Shown: positions 1-14,000 of the stretch, one piece after another
Numbering within the stretch: the first letter of the stretch is position 1
How the letters are laid out: the number at the start of each line of letters is the position of its first letter
Source: Octopus bimaculoides
Lineage: Eukaryota
Reading direction: 5' to 3'
DNA length: 64,000 nt
Assembly: GCF_001194135.2 (NCBI RefSeq)
Contig: NC_068992.1
Coordinates: 63,993,195-64,057,194, forward strand
Program-made: the position numbers and the translations under genes
The notes under the pieces: generated by a model
Told to the model about the DNA's origin: nothing
The model's input: only the letters and a program-made list of their open reading frames with translations
Database searches by the model: none

Positions 1-38
<38 letters not shown>

Positions 39-40
<2 letters not shown>

Positions 41-148
41 AGCATTGGCTCCATTTTCCACATTTTCTATTATGAATGTTCAAGTGTCACGTCAATCTTC
101 CACATGTGCTGCAGGTTTTTTGACAGACATTACATTGAAACTGGTCAT
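39..148 (-). pseudogene. Single C2H2 zinc-finger exon candidate interrupted by an in-frame TGA
   Basis: Minus strand reads DDQFQ-CNVCQKTCSTCGRLT*HLNIH-NRKCGKWSQC*. This gives exact C-X2-C-X12-H-X3-H spacing with Leu at the conserved position; the usual Phe is Cys. The TGA is at 87-89. An acceptor-like TCTTATTCTAG ends at 149 (phase 1). Confidence 0.6.
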
Positions 149-473
149 CTAGAATAAGATTCCAATAGCTCACGTATGCCTTACCCACAGGGGAACACTG
201 GTGCAATCTCATATCAGTGTGAGATGTGCATAATATTATGTACAAAGAACATTTAAAAAAAGCAACAAAATACTCTTGCAACACTATTAGTCCCATTTTT
301 ATGAAAATTTAATTTATTTTAACATGTTAACTCTGTCAAGCTCAAAACCTTCAACACTGCTCCAAATCATAACTCTCTGTACTTCCCTATCTGCTGCAAG
401 TGATTCAAAACTTTTGTAACATAATTTAAGGCATCTGATTTAATCAGCCATTCTATCTTTTATGTGTGTGCGC

Positions 474-842
474 GCGCGTGTGGTAAGAAGCTTGCTTCCC
501 AACCACATGGTTTTAAGTTCATTCCTGATGCATGACACCTTGAGCAAGTATCTTCTACTTGGCCTCAGGCCAACCAAAGCCTCATGGTAAATGGAAACTG
601 AAAGAAGCCCATCAAATATATACACACACACACATATCTGTGTGTGTGTCTTTGCTTCCCCCACTGCTTAACAACCGATGTTGGTATGTTTACATCCCCA
701 TAACTTACTGATTCGGCAAAAGAGAACAATAGAATAAATGTCAGGCTTAAACATAAAGTGATGGGATTAATTCAACTAAAAATGCTATAAGGCAGTACCC
801 CAGCATGGCCACAGTCTAATGACTGAAACAGGTAAAAGATTC
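474..842 (+). mobile_element. tRNA-derived SINE family A, near full-length
   Basis: Pol III A/B-box-like head (GTGTGGTAAG...), core TTGAGCAAGTATCTTCTAC, internal (CA)/(TG) tract, and 3' tail ...CCCCAGCATGGCCACAGTCTAATGACTGAAACAGGTAAAAGA. About 20 homologous copies are seen in the window. Confidence 0.85.
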
Positions 843-2050
843 TGGCACAGGCATAGCCTTGTGGCCAAGATGTTCATTTCCCAACCATGCGGTTTTGGGT
901 TCTGCTCTACTGCATGAAACTTTTAGAAACTGTCTTCTACTATAGCCACAGGCCAACAAAAAGCCTTGTGAGTGGGTTTGGGAGATGGAAACGAAAAGTG
1001 CAAATGCATGCATGTATGTGTATCTGTATTTACACTGACAATTACTCCAATGAATGTGTGATAGGTGTTGTTAGTCCAATCACTCCATGCCGTTGAAGTC
1101 ATGTGGAATAAAAGATCTCTTATTTGAAAGGCCAATAAGGGATAGCATCAAGAAAGTCGTTTAGCTGTAAAACAATGCTTTACATAACATTTTTGTACAA
1201 GCATGAAGAAAAAAAAAAAAAACCCCAGCAGGTGAATACGAATATATAAAGAAGAATTACCTCTTTTATGAGTGGGAGGTGTGTTGGAAGTCAATATATT
1301 GTCTACTTGTTGCACCATTGTACTTGTATGTAATGCCGAATCTGAGTTGGTTCTACAAAGAAAAGTTTCCAGTTAGTGAATTGTTACCAGAAAAATGTGT
1401 GTGTGCATGTGTGTTTATATGTATGCTTTTAACTGAGATGAGGACAAATAAGGATTCAATATTTATCAAAAGAAAAAAACATAAGCAAATTACAGCTGAA
1501 AGATAAGAGGGTTTAAGTTAAGATTTTAATTAGAATAGATTTCTGGAAGGTTTTAAATTACTTTCAATATTCAGGATTAAAACAGATACATCAGACAAAA
1601 AAAATTGATCTGAGAAACAAATTCTACACAAAATGTCTTATATAATCCAAAATTCTAGGAAGGGCAAATATGCACGTCTGTTTTAAGATATCAATAATCA
1701 AGAGATAACAGATAATTTTGGCATAACAAATAAAATGAAATAACATTAATTTATCATATTTTAAAAGCTAGAAAAAAAACAAAAAAAAAGAGAAATTATT
1801 TTTATTTAATTTTAAAATGAATACTCTATTGATTGAAGCTAAAATGCTATTTAACTAATTTACCCTAACTTTCCTATTATTGCATCTCTGTTATTCACTA
1901 CTTTCTCTCTGAAATTTCAGCATCCATCAAAAATAAATCATTAGTTAAAAAAATACAACAAATACTTTCATTATAGATCTTTAACTTTGCCATATGCAAA
2001 GTTTTTAAAATTTAGACTGAGGAAAAATATGCATTAAAATAGAACAAGAG

Positions 2051-2082
<32 letters not shown>

Positions 2083-2311
2083 AAGTTTCAAATGAAAGAA
2101 TGAAAATTCTCCATCATTAATCCAATGACAACTCATTTCTGTTATAAACAGATCTCTAAACCAAGTAAGAAAAATCTTCCCTTTTATATTCTTTGATTAT
2201 CATCAAGTAACTAAACCACAATCCTAACAACTAAAATTTTCTACACTATTTATTTTTAAAATGTTTTAAAATTCTAACAGAAAAGTAGTTTCACTAATTG
2301 GTTCATAGTCT

Positions 2312-2735
2312 ATCATCATCATTGTTTTAAGGCCCACCTTTTCATACTTTACAGATGGATCAGATGGAATTCACTGAGGCAGATTTTCTATTGCTGGATG
2401 CCTTGCTGTCAACTCTCACCTGGTTCCAAGTAAGGTAATATTTCCCACTGGCCAGACAGGTTTTCATGAAAAAGTGGAAATGAAGGGCACCTTTTGTATG
2501 ACAGTGGTGCTCATTTACAACTACCATACAATGTCAAGAGAAGGAGACATCAACACTCACACACAAACACATATCCATATATGAAGGGCTTCTAGTTTCC
2601 TTCAACTAAATACACTTGCAAAGCTTTGGTTGGCCTGGGTCTATAGGAGAAAACACTTGCCCAAGGTGCCATACAATAGGACTGAAACTAAAACCACATG
2701 GCTCAGAGCAAACTTCTCAACCACACAGCCATACC
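2312..2735 (-). mobile_element. SINE with family A head and an alternative RTE-like tail ending in (GAT)n
   Basis: The head and core at 2585-2735 match family A. The 3' part (2312-2570) differs and matches 35840-36030, 41247-41500 and 58290-58520. Confidence 0.75.
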
Positions 2736-3269
2736 CATACCCATACCTACACCTATCTATTCCCTCTAGTAATACAACTCACACAATCTTTATAAATCCT
2801 ATGAACAAACACAATAATAACAACTTACATATAATTAAACACAAATTAATCAGGACATTTTGCTAAAAGCTTTCGCTGAAACTAGCACACATGTTTTGCA
2901 TATTCTCATATAATAATGAACTAGTCTAATCAGTTACCTTTACACTCTAAATTAACTATCAATTAAGTGAAATTATTTCAATACAAAACTATCCGTAAGA
3001 ATATGCTAAAGTCCCACGTTAGTTACAGATACTGAAAGCCTGTGTTGTAAATAAATTTTTGAGAGCTGAATTATTGTCCAAGGCCATGCATATTGTTACT
3101 GTTGTTATTTAAACTGAGGTCGGTTTGTGACCATTCTACATGTTACTCAAGGAGGGTATATTTAGAACTACATTATTAAAAGAATCTTTCTTAATTGTTG
3201 TTTAGCCTCAGGTCAGCCTTGATCAAGTAGACCAATGATCGGAGTCATTCCAATCATGATCATCCGATT

Positions 3270-3570
3270 TCTGTTGGCACAGATGTGGATCTGTGGCACC
3301 TTGGGCCCAAGGTTACAGCGACATAAACACCACTAAGTTACAGAGACATAAACAAACCAGTTCCAGTCATCAAGCAGTAGTGGGACAAACACAAACACTC
3401 ATACAATGGGCCTCTACACAGTTTCTATCAATCAAATTCACTAACAAGGAATTAACCAGCTTAGGGCTGTAGTAGAAGACACTTGCCCAAATTGCTACAC
3501 AGTGGGACTGAACCTGAAACCACATGGTTGCAAAGTGAGGTTCTTAACCACACAGTAATGCCAGTGCCTA
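3270..3570 (-). mobile_element. SINE family A copy
   Basis: Reverse complement of the head, core and part of the tail seen at 474-842. Confidence 0.75.
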
Positions 3571-3907
3571 CATCACAATAATTTTTAGGGCTTAGTTAAA
3601 GGAGGTAGGGCAGTGCTACTCACGTTTAATGCACTGTCTCCAAGTGAGAATAAAATGGAAGGTACACACAGACAGCAGACCTTAACCAAATACTCTCAAC
3701 GGAATGAACTTCACACAAAAAAAAACAGGTGGGGGTCTTAAATGGCATGACAAATTGATAATCCAAAAACAGATATAATTTCTTCAATGGTTTGAATGGT
3801 TTCTATCTACCAAATTTCATACTTATGACTTTTGTTTACCTACACACACTTGATCTAGAACAAAACTTCTGCAATGCACTCCTTAAGTTAAAGGAGGTAG
3901 GGCAATA

Positions 3908-3995
3908 AATCTTTTACTTGTTTCAGTTATTTGACTGCAGCCATGCTGGAGCACTGCCTTGAAGGGTTTTTAATCAAACAAATTGATCTCAGAAC

Positions 3996-4048
<53 letters not shown>

Positions 4049-4200
4049 CAGGCTTCTTTCACTTTCCATCTACCAAATCCACTCACAAAGCTTTGGTTGG
4101 CCCAAGGCTATAGTAGAAGACACTTGCCCAAGATGCTACATAGTGGGGATGAACTCAGAACCATGTGGTTGGGAAGCAAGCTTCTTACCACACAGCCAAG
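3908..4200 (-). mobile_element. SINE family A copy with internal deletion
   Basis: Tail (TTTTACTTGTTTCAG...CATGCTGGAGCAC) joined through (TA)n(CA)n to the core and head. Confidence 0.75.
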
Positions 4201-4559
4201 AAATCCAAAATGAATGGCTATATTTTTATTTACCACCTTCTCTATAGTTTCTTGACACAATCCAAAAAGGCAGCCTCTATATGTTAGCTCAACCAACTAG
4301 AAAAAAACAATCAAATCTACCTGAAATCACATCGTACTGTTTTAAAATGTGGAGGACAGATCAGGTAACATAGTATTTGGTGTATGTAAAGATAGAAAGG
4401 TCATGACAGAAATGTTTCTGATCCAACATCTGCTGGACCCAAGTAAACTTTGGGTAAACTATAACAACATGTGACATTATTTAGAATAGATAAACTTAGT
4501 TGAAACATTTTAAAAGAAATTGTAATTCAAGTCAACATTTGAATCAAAATGAAGTTATA

Positions 4560-4601
<42 letters not shown>

Positions 4602-5603
4602 TACCAGAAATTAAAAAAGGAAAGTTTGACAACAAACATTATCAAAATACAAAAACAAATCTATTTGTAAAAATAAATTCGAAGATAGCAGCTGGTATTG
4701 ATTTTAATCTCATCAACCACTTGTCAACAAAATTTCCTTTGATATGATTCTTTAAGCATCAAAATATTGGAAGTATCTATGAGATGGGAAAGAATTGTTA
4801 AGGCATGTAAGATCATTGTAGACCATTCCATCTTAAAACAGATTATCATCATTATCACCATCATTTTGAGATCCATTTCTCCACGTTATTAACTCAAGTT
4901 AGAATGACCCACAACAAAACCTCTATCCAAGTCAACTTACTTCTGCTTACTAAATGATCAACTGTAAAGCTGAAATGGCAAATATTGTCAAGACAGGCCA
5001 AGGAAATCAGGGTGAAGTGTCTTCCCAAAGAATATAATGCAATTATCATAGCAAGATTTGAAATCATGATCTTGTTATCAACAGCTCACCTTGTAAAAAC
5101 AAAAACCACACAAATATAAATATAAAAGCAAAACTTCATCTAATAACAATGTGGTAAAAACAAAATATGAAAACTATAAGATTTTCACACAAGGAGTATA
5201 GTTGGTTTGCTCTTTAATTGTGATAGAATTATAATATGATGATGATGATTGTAGTGTTCCTAAGAAGGCTTAATGTCATGTTAAAGAAACTAGTTGCAGC
5301 TTCTGTGCCCAGCTGGTTGTAGACATAATTGCTGAATTCTCCTATGGATCATATTTGTAAGGCTGACTGATCCATAAATATCTCTTCAACCTTACACCAT
5401 ATGGCTGCATGACATTGATTTAAATGACAACTGCAAGCTACATGCATGCACGTGCATGCGTGGACACGCACACACTCAGCTGCATATCTATTTCAAAATG
5501 GACGTTCCTATAAAAATAATTAAGTTTACATAGGATGGCAAGACCTCAAGCAATTGTTATATTTAATATCCATCAAAAGGATTAAAAATAAACTAAAACC
5601 TGA

Positions 5604-5654
<51 letters not shown>

Positions 5655-6171
5655 ACTGAAAAAACCCCAAGTAGTACAAATGTTTAATGTTGCAGATAAT
5701 GATAGGTTCATTAACCCTTCACACATGCTACAGAATAAGAGAGAGAGTTTATGCTTGAATAGATGCAGGATCTGTAAATTAAAGAAAGTAAACTAAAGAA
5801 ATTCTAAACCAATGAGAAGATTGAAAGAAATAATAATATTGTAGGTGTATCAAGGAAGATTTCACTTCTCCATCTGTTAGCAGAAAAAGAAAAGAAAGGA
5901 AAATCAATTTAATTTTACTTCTGATATTGACTGATCTATTTATATAATTTTAAAAATAACTCTCAAGAAATGGCTAGGTGTTATGAAAAAAAAAATCAAC
6001 ATAGGATTTGCTAACATATATTAAAACTGAAAGCGTATAACACATGAAATCCAAATATTTATGTTCTAATCACACACAGTACAGTACAATCACAGAGACT
6101 GCATATTTTGTGAAACATTACTAATGAATTGTTGAAAATAATAACTCTAAAATAAATTATCTTTTGATTAT

Positions 6172-6392
6172 TGTTGTTTAGCCACAGGTCAACCATGAGT
6201 GAGCAGATCTATGATCAAAAGCATTTCAGACATGACCAACTAGTCTTTCATTTCTTTAAATATATCCTATAACTACATTATCTAATTATCCTTCTCTTTT
6301 TCTTTTTTTTTTATTAAGGCTGTAGGATATGATTTGAGAAAAATTTAACTGATGTTTTTAGTAGAACAAACAACCACATAGAGGTTCCTTCA
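6172..6392. mobile_element. Short interspersed repeat family D
   Basis: TTGTTGTTTAG...AGGTCA...ATGATC...AG...ATT motif block shared with ~3195-3270, ~12060-12220 and ~53090-53240. Confidence 0.55.
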
Positions 6393-6848
6393 TAATTAGA
6401 ATCAATTAGAGATAAGGAAAGAGTCTAATTGTACAATGTGCTATAATTACAAACCTACTCACACATAATTATCTGAGAACATCTATGCAGTGATCAATGT
6501 TCAAATAAGCACAGAAGAGGTTAACAAGGGAGACCCAGCTGACCCATGGTGGCATGAACATTGAGACTAACTATTCAGTCACTAAAGAAAAACCTGGTTG
6601 CCTTGATCATCATCATTTAACATCCACTTTTCCATGCTTGGAGACAGAATTTGTTGAGGAAGGTTTTCAGCATCCAGGTGCCTTTTTGATCCCCAACCTT
6701 CACCTGTTCCAAAACAAGGTTAACATTTCCCATGGCCAGACATGTTTTTCGAAAAAAGACTGAAAACAAACATCGCTTGTATGTGAGTGATGTTTGTTTA
6801 CAGCTATCATGTGATACTCATGCGTGCACACACACACACACACACGTT

Positions 6849-7205
6849 TATATACTCTTTTACTTGTTTCAGTCATTTGACTGTGGCCATGCTGGAGCAC
6901 CACCTTTAGTCGAGCAAATCGACCCCAGGACTTGTTCTTTGGAAGCCTAGTACTTATTCTATAGGTTTCTTTTGCCGAACCGCTAAGTTATGGGGACATA
7001 AACATACCACCATCTTTTGTCAAGCAATGTTGGTGGGGATAACCACTGACACACAAACATACATACTTTCTGTTTACTAAATCTACTCACAAGGATTTGG
7101 TAGGCCCAAGACTATAGTAGAAGATAATAACCCAGTTTGCTGTGCAGTGGAACTGAACTTGAGACCACAGTTGGACAGCAAGCTTCTTAACCACACAGCC
7201 ATGCA
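6849..7205 (-). mobile_element. SINE family A, near full-length, with a well-preserved tail
   Basis: Reverse-complement match to 474-842. The tail retains several CpGs (TAGTCGAGCAAATCGACCCC, TTGCCGAACCGCTAAG). Confidence 0.85.
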
Positions 7206-8349
7206 TGTACGATCTGATAATATCTTTGTGGATGATTAATAATCTAAGGTTTAGAATTACATCTAAAAGATGTTACAGAAATTAAAATTATTAATAAATT
7301 ATAAAAATGTTTCAAAACTTTGAATAAACTATCGGAGCTCTTTATAGTAGGTCAACCTGCTAAAAATAGCAGGAATATCCCCCTCAACTGATAGTCTATT
7401 GTCTTAAAAAGAGATAGATACATTGGCTAACACAGACTTATAAAAGTTATGCTGAAGGAACAGACTATATTGTCATGACTGGAAGACCTTTCATCAGAAA
7501 TCTGCACATGCAAGGCAAACTTGCAACTAAACAAAAACCTCCAGTGAACTATTTCTCAAAAAAAAATTAATTAAGATAATTGTTTGTTTTTATTTTCTGT
7601 TCATCTGAGATCATTAAAAACCAATTAATAATTAATGAATAAAGATTTAGCTGAACAATTCACTTCTTATTTAGCCAATACGAAATATTTTTAAGGCAAG
7701 CATCAGAGGAGAAACATTACTATAGCAACCCACTGGATTATTAATTTACACAAGATTTGGAATTCATTAACTAGCAATAATAGCCAGGTATGTTTTTCCT
7801 TTTTCTTAAAAAATAAAACAAGAAACATGCTTGCAAATGCAGGAAATGCACAAATGTAAATTTAAAACAAACATCTCGATTATATGACCTGACTTTGGAA
7901 AGTGTTTTAGAGCCCAACTAAACATTAGTTTTTGAAGATTTGTCTGTGTTTGGTCCCTCTTTTCATCTACACACTCAATGAATAATATTTAAAAAAACTT
8001 AAAAGAGTTAAAGAAAAATTATATATTTATTCAATATTCCAGCTTCTAACACATTCCTATCATTTATAAATATAAACTAAGGAAATTCCAAGACCGGAGA
8101 AAAAACTATTTAGGTAACATATTTGTTAGAATCTATTTATCCTGTCATAAAACCACCTTCCCTTCTCTCAAATATAACCCCACTTGGTCAAAGAGGATTT
8201 TTTTTCTTTTCTTCTAAGTTACCTGGTGACCTCACTACCACTTGGTGGCATGAACAAAAACATCCAGTACACACTATGTTAGGAAGGGCATCCAGCTGCA
8301 GAAACTGTGGTTATGAAAGGAAATTTTTAATCACACACCCATACTGCAA

Positions 8350-8413
<64 letters not shown>

Positions 8414-8877
8414 NNNNNNNNNNNNNNNNNNNNNNNNNNNNNNNNNNNNNNNNNNNNNNNNNNNNNNNNNNNNNNNNNNNNNNNNNNNNNNNNNNNNNNN
8501 NNNNNNNNNNNNNNNNNNNNNNNNNNNNNNNNNNNNNNNNNNNNNNNNNNNNNNNNNNNNNNNNNNNNNNNNNNNNNNNNNNNNNNNNNNNNNNNNNNNN
8601 NNNNNNNNNNNNNNNNNNNNNNNNNNNNNNNNNNNNNNNNNNNNNNNNNNNNNNNNNNNNNNNNNNNNNNNNNNNNNNNNNNNNNNNNNNNNNNNNNNNN
8701 NNNNNNNNNNNNNNNNNNNNNNNNNNNNNNNNNNNNNNNNNNNNNNNNNNNNNNNNNNNNNNNNNNNNNNNNNNNNNNNNNNNNNNNNNNNNNNNNNNNN
8801 NNNNNNNNNNNNNNNNNNNNNNNNNNNNNNNNNNNNNNNNNNNNNNNNNNNNNNNNNNNNNNNNNNNNNNNNNNNNN
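8414..8877. other. Assembly gap (N run) between (TG)n and (TA)n. Other gaps: 30831-30884, 43548-43557, 49274-49793, 57790-57799
   Basis: Runs of n in the sequence. Confidence 0.99.
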
Positions 8878-8929
<52 letters not shown>

Positions 8930-9404
8930 ACCCATGCCAGCATAGAAGGTGAACATTAAATGATGAGGATGATATCTGCTTCTAAATAAAAAATTTTAAT
9001 CTAAATAACTATATGTACATGGATCATTGTCTGTGATTTTGCTTATCTCATCTAGTGTATGCTTATATACAATTCATCACTATTGTATATATATTGGAAA
9101 GAAGTCAGCACTGATGCCTCATAAATTTGCTAAAGTAACAAATAGATACTGCAAGATTGACATTTTAAGCGAGGGGGGGAACACACTGCTCTACTCCTGC
9201 ATTACGTACTATTTACATTCCTATATTAAAATTTAAATACCTCTTCTGATAAATACTTTTCTAGTATGTTTATCATATTAGTAAATTCATAAAAAAACAC
9301 AGACAAAATAACACATGACAGAGGCAACAGAGATTTTAGAAATAAATACTTTCAGATAGACATAGCTACTTCAGGAGTTATATGAAACATTTTTTCTTTT
9401 AATA

Positions 9405-9693
9405 CAGTGTTCTCAACTGGGGTCCCTATAAGATTTCTGAGAGTCCATGCAAGCAAAATAGTAAATTGGTGACTTGTAGTAATATATTAAGGGTCCATGA
9501 AAAAAATTTTGCTTTACATGTATTTCTTTCTCTAACATTTTATAGAGTTCAACTTAAACAAGTTAGTGTGAGAAAAACAAAATAGCAATTTTGAAAGAGA
9601 CTAGTTTATAAAGATAGAATGGCTACGAGGGTCCACCAGAATAGAACAGGATCAAAGAGGTCTACAGATTAAAAAAATGGTTGAGAACTACTG
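9405..9693. mobile_element. hAT (Charlie-like) MITE
   Basis: TIRs CAGTGTTCTCAAC / GTTGAGAACTACTG. 8-bp TSD TTTTAATA (9397-9404) / TTCTAATA (9694-9701), 7 of 8 identical. Confidence 0.8.
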
Positions 9694-10274
9694 TTCTAAT
9701 ACAACTGTACTATTACCTGAAGAACTGGTTATGGTGAAACTAATTGTTTCAATAGACTGAAGGATAATATTACTGAATTACATTTTGTGTTATCATCAAT
9801 TTCCAGTTTTTCATCATGCATGGTTTGGATGAAGATTATTGAGGAAGATTATCTATAGCCAGATGTCCTTCCTGCCGCCAATGCCTATTTGTTTCTGAGC
9901 AAAATAATATTTCTCCATGGCCAGACATGGAAATGAATGACACTGCTTATATGACAGTGACAATTGTTTACATCATGGAAACACACACATAATCATATAT
10001 ATATGTGACAGGCTTCTTTCAATTTCCACCTATCAAAACCACTCACAAGGCTTTGGACAGCCTGGAGCTATAGAAGACACTTGCCCATGTGGTTAGGAAG
10101 CAAACTTCTTACCAAACAGCCACTTGTTTAAAATTTGTTTACTCCTAAGATATAAAAATGTGTGTGTGTGTGTGTGTGTGTGTAGATACATCTAAGAGTA
10201 CAGCATTTTTTACAAGAACTCTCTCACTCCTTATCACACACTATCTTCCTCTTCATAGTTGTGAGAGAGAGAAA

Positions 10275-10330
<56 letters not shown>

Positions 10331-11309
10331 AACAGACAGACAGAGAGAACGAGAGAGATAGAGAGAAAGAGAGAGTTAAATGTACTTCCCCTTATGCCTC
10401 TATACTGTTGTTTCCAAAGTTGAGTTCTGTGAAAAAATTCTCAAGTTCCACAAGAAAATAATGGCGTTTTACTTTTCCATAACTTTTTTTTTTATATCAA
10501 TAAATTCTCTAAAACAATTTTTGTTTCATTTAATGTCTAACTAAAATTAAGGTGGCAGAGTTTGTTGGTGGGTTCTGCAATTTTTGGAAAATTGTATCAA
10601 GGTTTCATGACAACATAAGTTTGGGATACTGCTCTATATCATGTGTATGCACACACAAACAGACACAGCGAGGTCGCTTAGCTTACTAGTGGCCAGCTGG
10701 TAATTTCAAGTGTTTATAGCTGAACAACAGTCATTGAGCTGGAAGTAGATGATCACAGAGAATCATCATCATTTAACATCCGCTTTCCATGTTGGCATCG
10801 TTTGGATGGTTTGACAGGGGCTGGCTAGGCAGAAGACTTGCACCAGGCTTCACATCTGTTTTGGCAGAATGAAATATGTAAATAGTGAGAGGTGTGAATT
10901 GTGAAGGATGGGGTTAGGATAGAGCGGAAATTTGGTGTGGTAAGTGGTAGGTGGAAGGGTCAACAATGTAGCATAAATCAACCAATTGTTTAAAATTTTG
11001 CGGGGACGGACACACATATCATTATTTGATTCATAATAAAGATGATTCATGCATCACACTCATTCTCTGCTACCTGTATTTTGCCCCTCTTTTCATATAA
11101 CACTTCCTCTGTTCACTGATGCTGATCTTATCTTGCTCTTTCTGTATTGTCTCAAGTTTCATAGCTATACAGGCCTTCATATCAATTCTAAATGTAGTGA
11201 ACGGCATCTCTGGATGATTGTCTGGACCCCATGGCTATTTCACCTAAAAATGGATCTGTTTAGTTATTAGTCTGATATAACTGAACTAGTGAAAACATTA
11301 TTGAGACAG

Positions 11310-11560
11310 TAGCACTTGTATTTTAGTAGGATGAAGGTTCTCTTACATGTGTACTACATCATCTCCAAGGAATCTCTTGAAACAATGAAGGTTAAGAGTT
11401 TAGCCACAACACTACTTAAGTGTACAGCATCCAGGTGTTGCTGCTGTGTAACCACATATTTTAGGAAAGAAAAGGCAGACCTCCACAGTGTATTGGAGGT
11501 ATTTTTGGGGAAAGCTTCTGACATTGGTGAAGACATAGAGAGGAAAAAATCATGACTCAT
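11310..11560 (-). mobile_element. Possible degraded LINE AP-endonuclease fragment
   Basis: Minus frame FTNVRSF resembles the N-terminal motif of LINE AP endonucleases; the rest is highly decayed. Confidence 0.3.
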
Positions 11561-13434
11561 GGATTAAGCTCAGATCAGAGCCTGACTCCAATAACTTGAA
11601 CTCTACTAAAAGCACCCAAAGACTAGATGAATATAAAACCAGGTGATGGATTGAGTCTACACCTTATAACAAGTAGAGACCTTCTCTTCTGTACAGTTTC
11701 TATCTAATTTCTCACAAAGTATTAATGCTCAACATTTTCAAACACCTTCCTAGGTATATGAAAATGTGTCACTGTAACTTTCAACTTCTCAATATAGCTA
11801 AGAGACTGCTTATGGTAACGGAGATGAGAATGGCTGGAGGGGCCATAATACAACTGTACTGAACATGTTTTGCACAGAAACAAAGATACTAACGTTTAAC
11901 TGGTAAAAGCTGTTCATCTGTAAATGATAGGATTGTGGTAGAAGAATCGCTGACTAAGAGAGGAGATAGATGGAAGAGAAAATACAAGAGGTGGGGAAGA
12001 GACACAGAGGGAATTAGTAGAGGAAAGTAACAGTATAAAGTTGTAGTACAGCAGAGACAGTAGTTGCTTAACCCTAGGTCAGTCTTTATCAGTAAATCTA
12101 TGATCAAAAGTAGTACAGCTACCTAGAGTGCAAAGTGCCCTTCCATTGTTAAGATACCAGGGTGTAATTTGAGGGAGATTTCATTACTATTTCTAGCAGG
12201 TCAAATGACCGTGTAGGCAGGAGTGGGGAACCCTGTACACACAAGTAAAATTTTGGCCACACTATAATTTGAAACTATTTCTTGATGTAGTCTCTATAAA
12301 CCTACATGTAAAAACTGCTTAAGCCTTAAGACCCAAGCAGTAATTAAATATAATTACATAGCTATGAATTTATAAAATTAAAAATTCATTATTTTTCTCA
12401 GCACAGATGCACTTACATAGGTTCTTTTATCATTTGCTTCAAGGTTCCTCCCCCTTGATGTAGACAGAAGAGAGAAAGATATGGGGAAAATGTGAGGGTG
12501 GTGCACCGAAGGATGGAAACGAGGAGGATGAGGAATGTATAGGAAGAGAGAGGGGGAAAGAATACAACAGGAGAGGAATGAAAGAAAGCAATGTATTGAT
12601 GATAGTGTAATAATTAGAAGCAAGTTGTGTGTGTGTGTGTGTGTGTGTAAAAAGAGACAACACAATGGTGGTGGTGGGGGGGTGGCGGCCAGTCATCATC
12701 GTGGTAAGATTAGCAGCTGGAACACATTTCTTAGAATACTGTCTTGGAGAAAAGAATAGCGACAGTAATCTATGATATAGCAGAGCAACAGGTTATCTCG
12801 GCAACACAGGTGTGTGTGTGTGTGTGCGTGTGTGCATTTTTATGTATGTGTGCGTGTGTGTCACTATATATATATATATATAGCGTCACTCACATACACA
12901 TGTATTACCAATGGCAGAGATAAACAGTAGCAACACACACACACACACACACACACTCTTGTTGCTGAGAATACAGGAAGGAGTTTGCAGACGGCTGAAA
13001 CCAGAAATGAAAACAGACTGACAGGGTTAGCAAGCAATCTGAGAGTAATCTGAGAGAGAGAGAAAATTAGAACAACAGCAGCAGCATTCCTTTCTTTCTC
13101 TGATTTTTCTTCCTTTCCTTTTTTTTTTTTTTTTTGTTGTTGTTGTTGCACAGAGTCACATTTTCTTTAACAATAATGACAATAGAATTGGTAAACAAAA
13201 TGAGTGTGAAAGCATTAAAAAGATCAATTAGAAAGTCAGTATTAAACAGCAACAACAACATGAAAGAAACAAGGAACAATGCTCATATGTGTCATATAAT
13301 TGAATTCCTATCACAAATGACAGATCCCACAAATACAAAGAGCAGCAGATGATGAACAAATGAGCTCTGAAAACACTGTTTTAATAACATAAAAAGATAT
13401 TAATGCATGCTGACAGAAGACATACATACATACA

Positions 13435-13477
<43 letters not shown>

Positions 13478-13789
13478 ATGTGTGTCAACCAATGCTTGAC
13501 AACTGGAGTTGATTTATTCAACTAAACTCTTTGAGGTGGTGCCCCAGCATGGCCCACAGTTCAACAACTAAAACGATACACAAACACACACACATTCTGA
13601 CTGACATTCATTTGTTTGGTGATTAAATATTTTGGCATATAGATGTCCAAACATCACTTAACATTAATGGACACAAGTGAATATGCCCACCTGCACCCTC
13701 TATCTTACCTAATAGTAATTTATGAGCACCATTTCTTGATATGAAGCACAGTCAATGACAGTAATGTATGGAGAACCATTTTTCTAAAT

Positions 13790-14000
13790 AAGTAGATGTA
13801 GTTTTTGTGGAGGTGTTTATTGTCTCTCTTACAGACATTAGCCCTCACTAATGCTGGGACATTTCCGACAAAGTTATCTTATTGTCTTCACCATCAGCAA
13901 AAGCATTTGACAGAGTTGGGAACAAGAACCTCTAAAACCATAACTCTTCTCATCGTAAACTTTCGTGCCCTGATATTGTATCTCTATAATGTCAGTTTGT
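13790..14000 (+). mobile_element. LINE reverse-transcriptase relic (L2/CR1-like)
   Basis: ATC AGC AAA (+1) GCA TTT GAC AGA GTT = ISK/AFDRV with a frameshift, matching the RT motif DISKAFDRV. Confidence 0.6.

Noticed and set aside
197-256. Plus-strand TGAISYQCEMC, resembling a zinc-finger linker and first Cys pair
   Set aside because: No His pair follows and the frame stops after 8 more codons; probably chance or too decayed to call.
474-560. tRNA gene-like sequences
   Set aside because: These are decayed SINE heads that continue into SINE bodies, with no complete cloverleaf.
8123-8959. Long ORFs of 196-280 aa here and at 49062-49914
   Set aside because: Artefacts of N runs and (TG)n/(TA)n/(GA)n tracts.
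12665-12690. G-rich GGTGGTGGTGGGGGGGGTGGCGG as a G-quadruplex
   Set aside because: Mostly GG tracts derived from a (GGT)n microsatellite; no supporting context.
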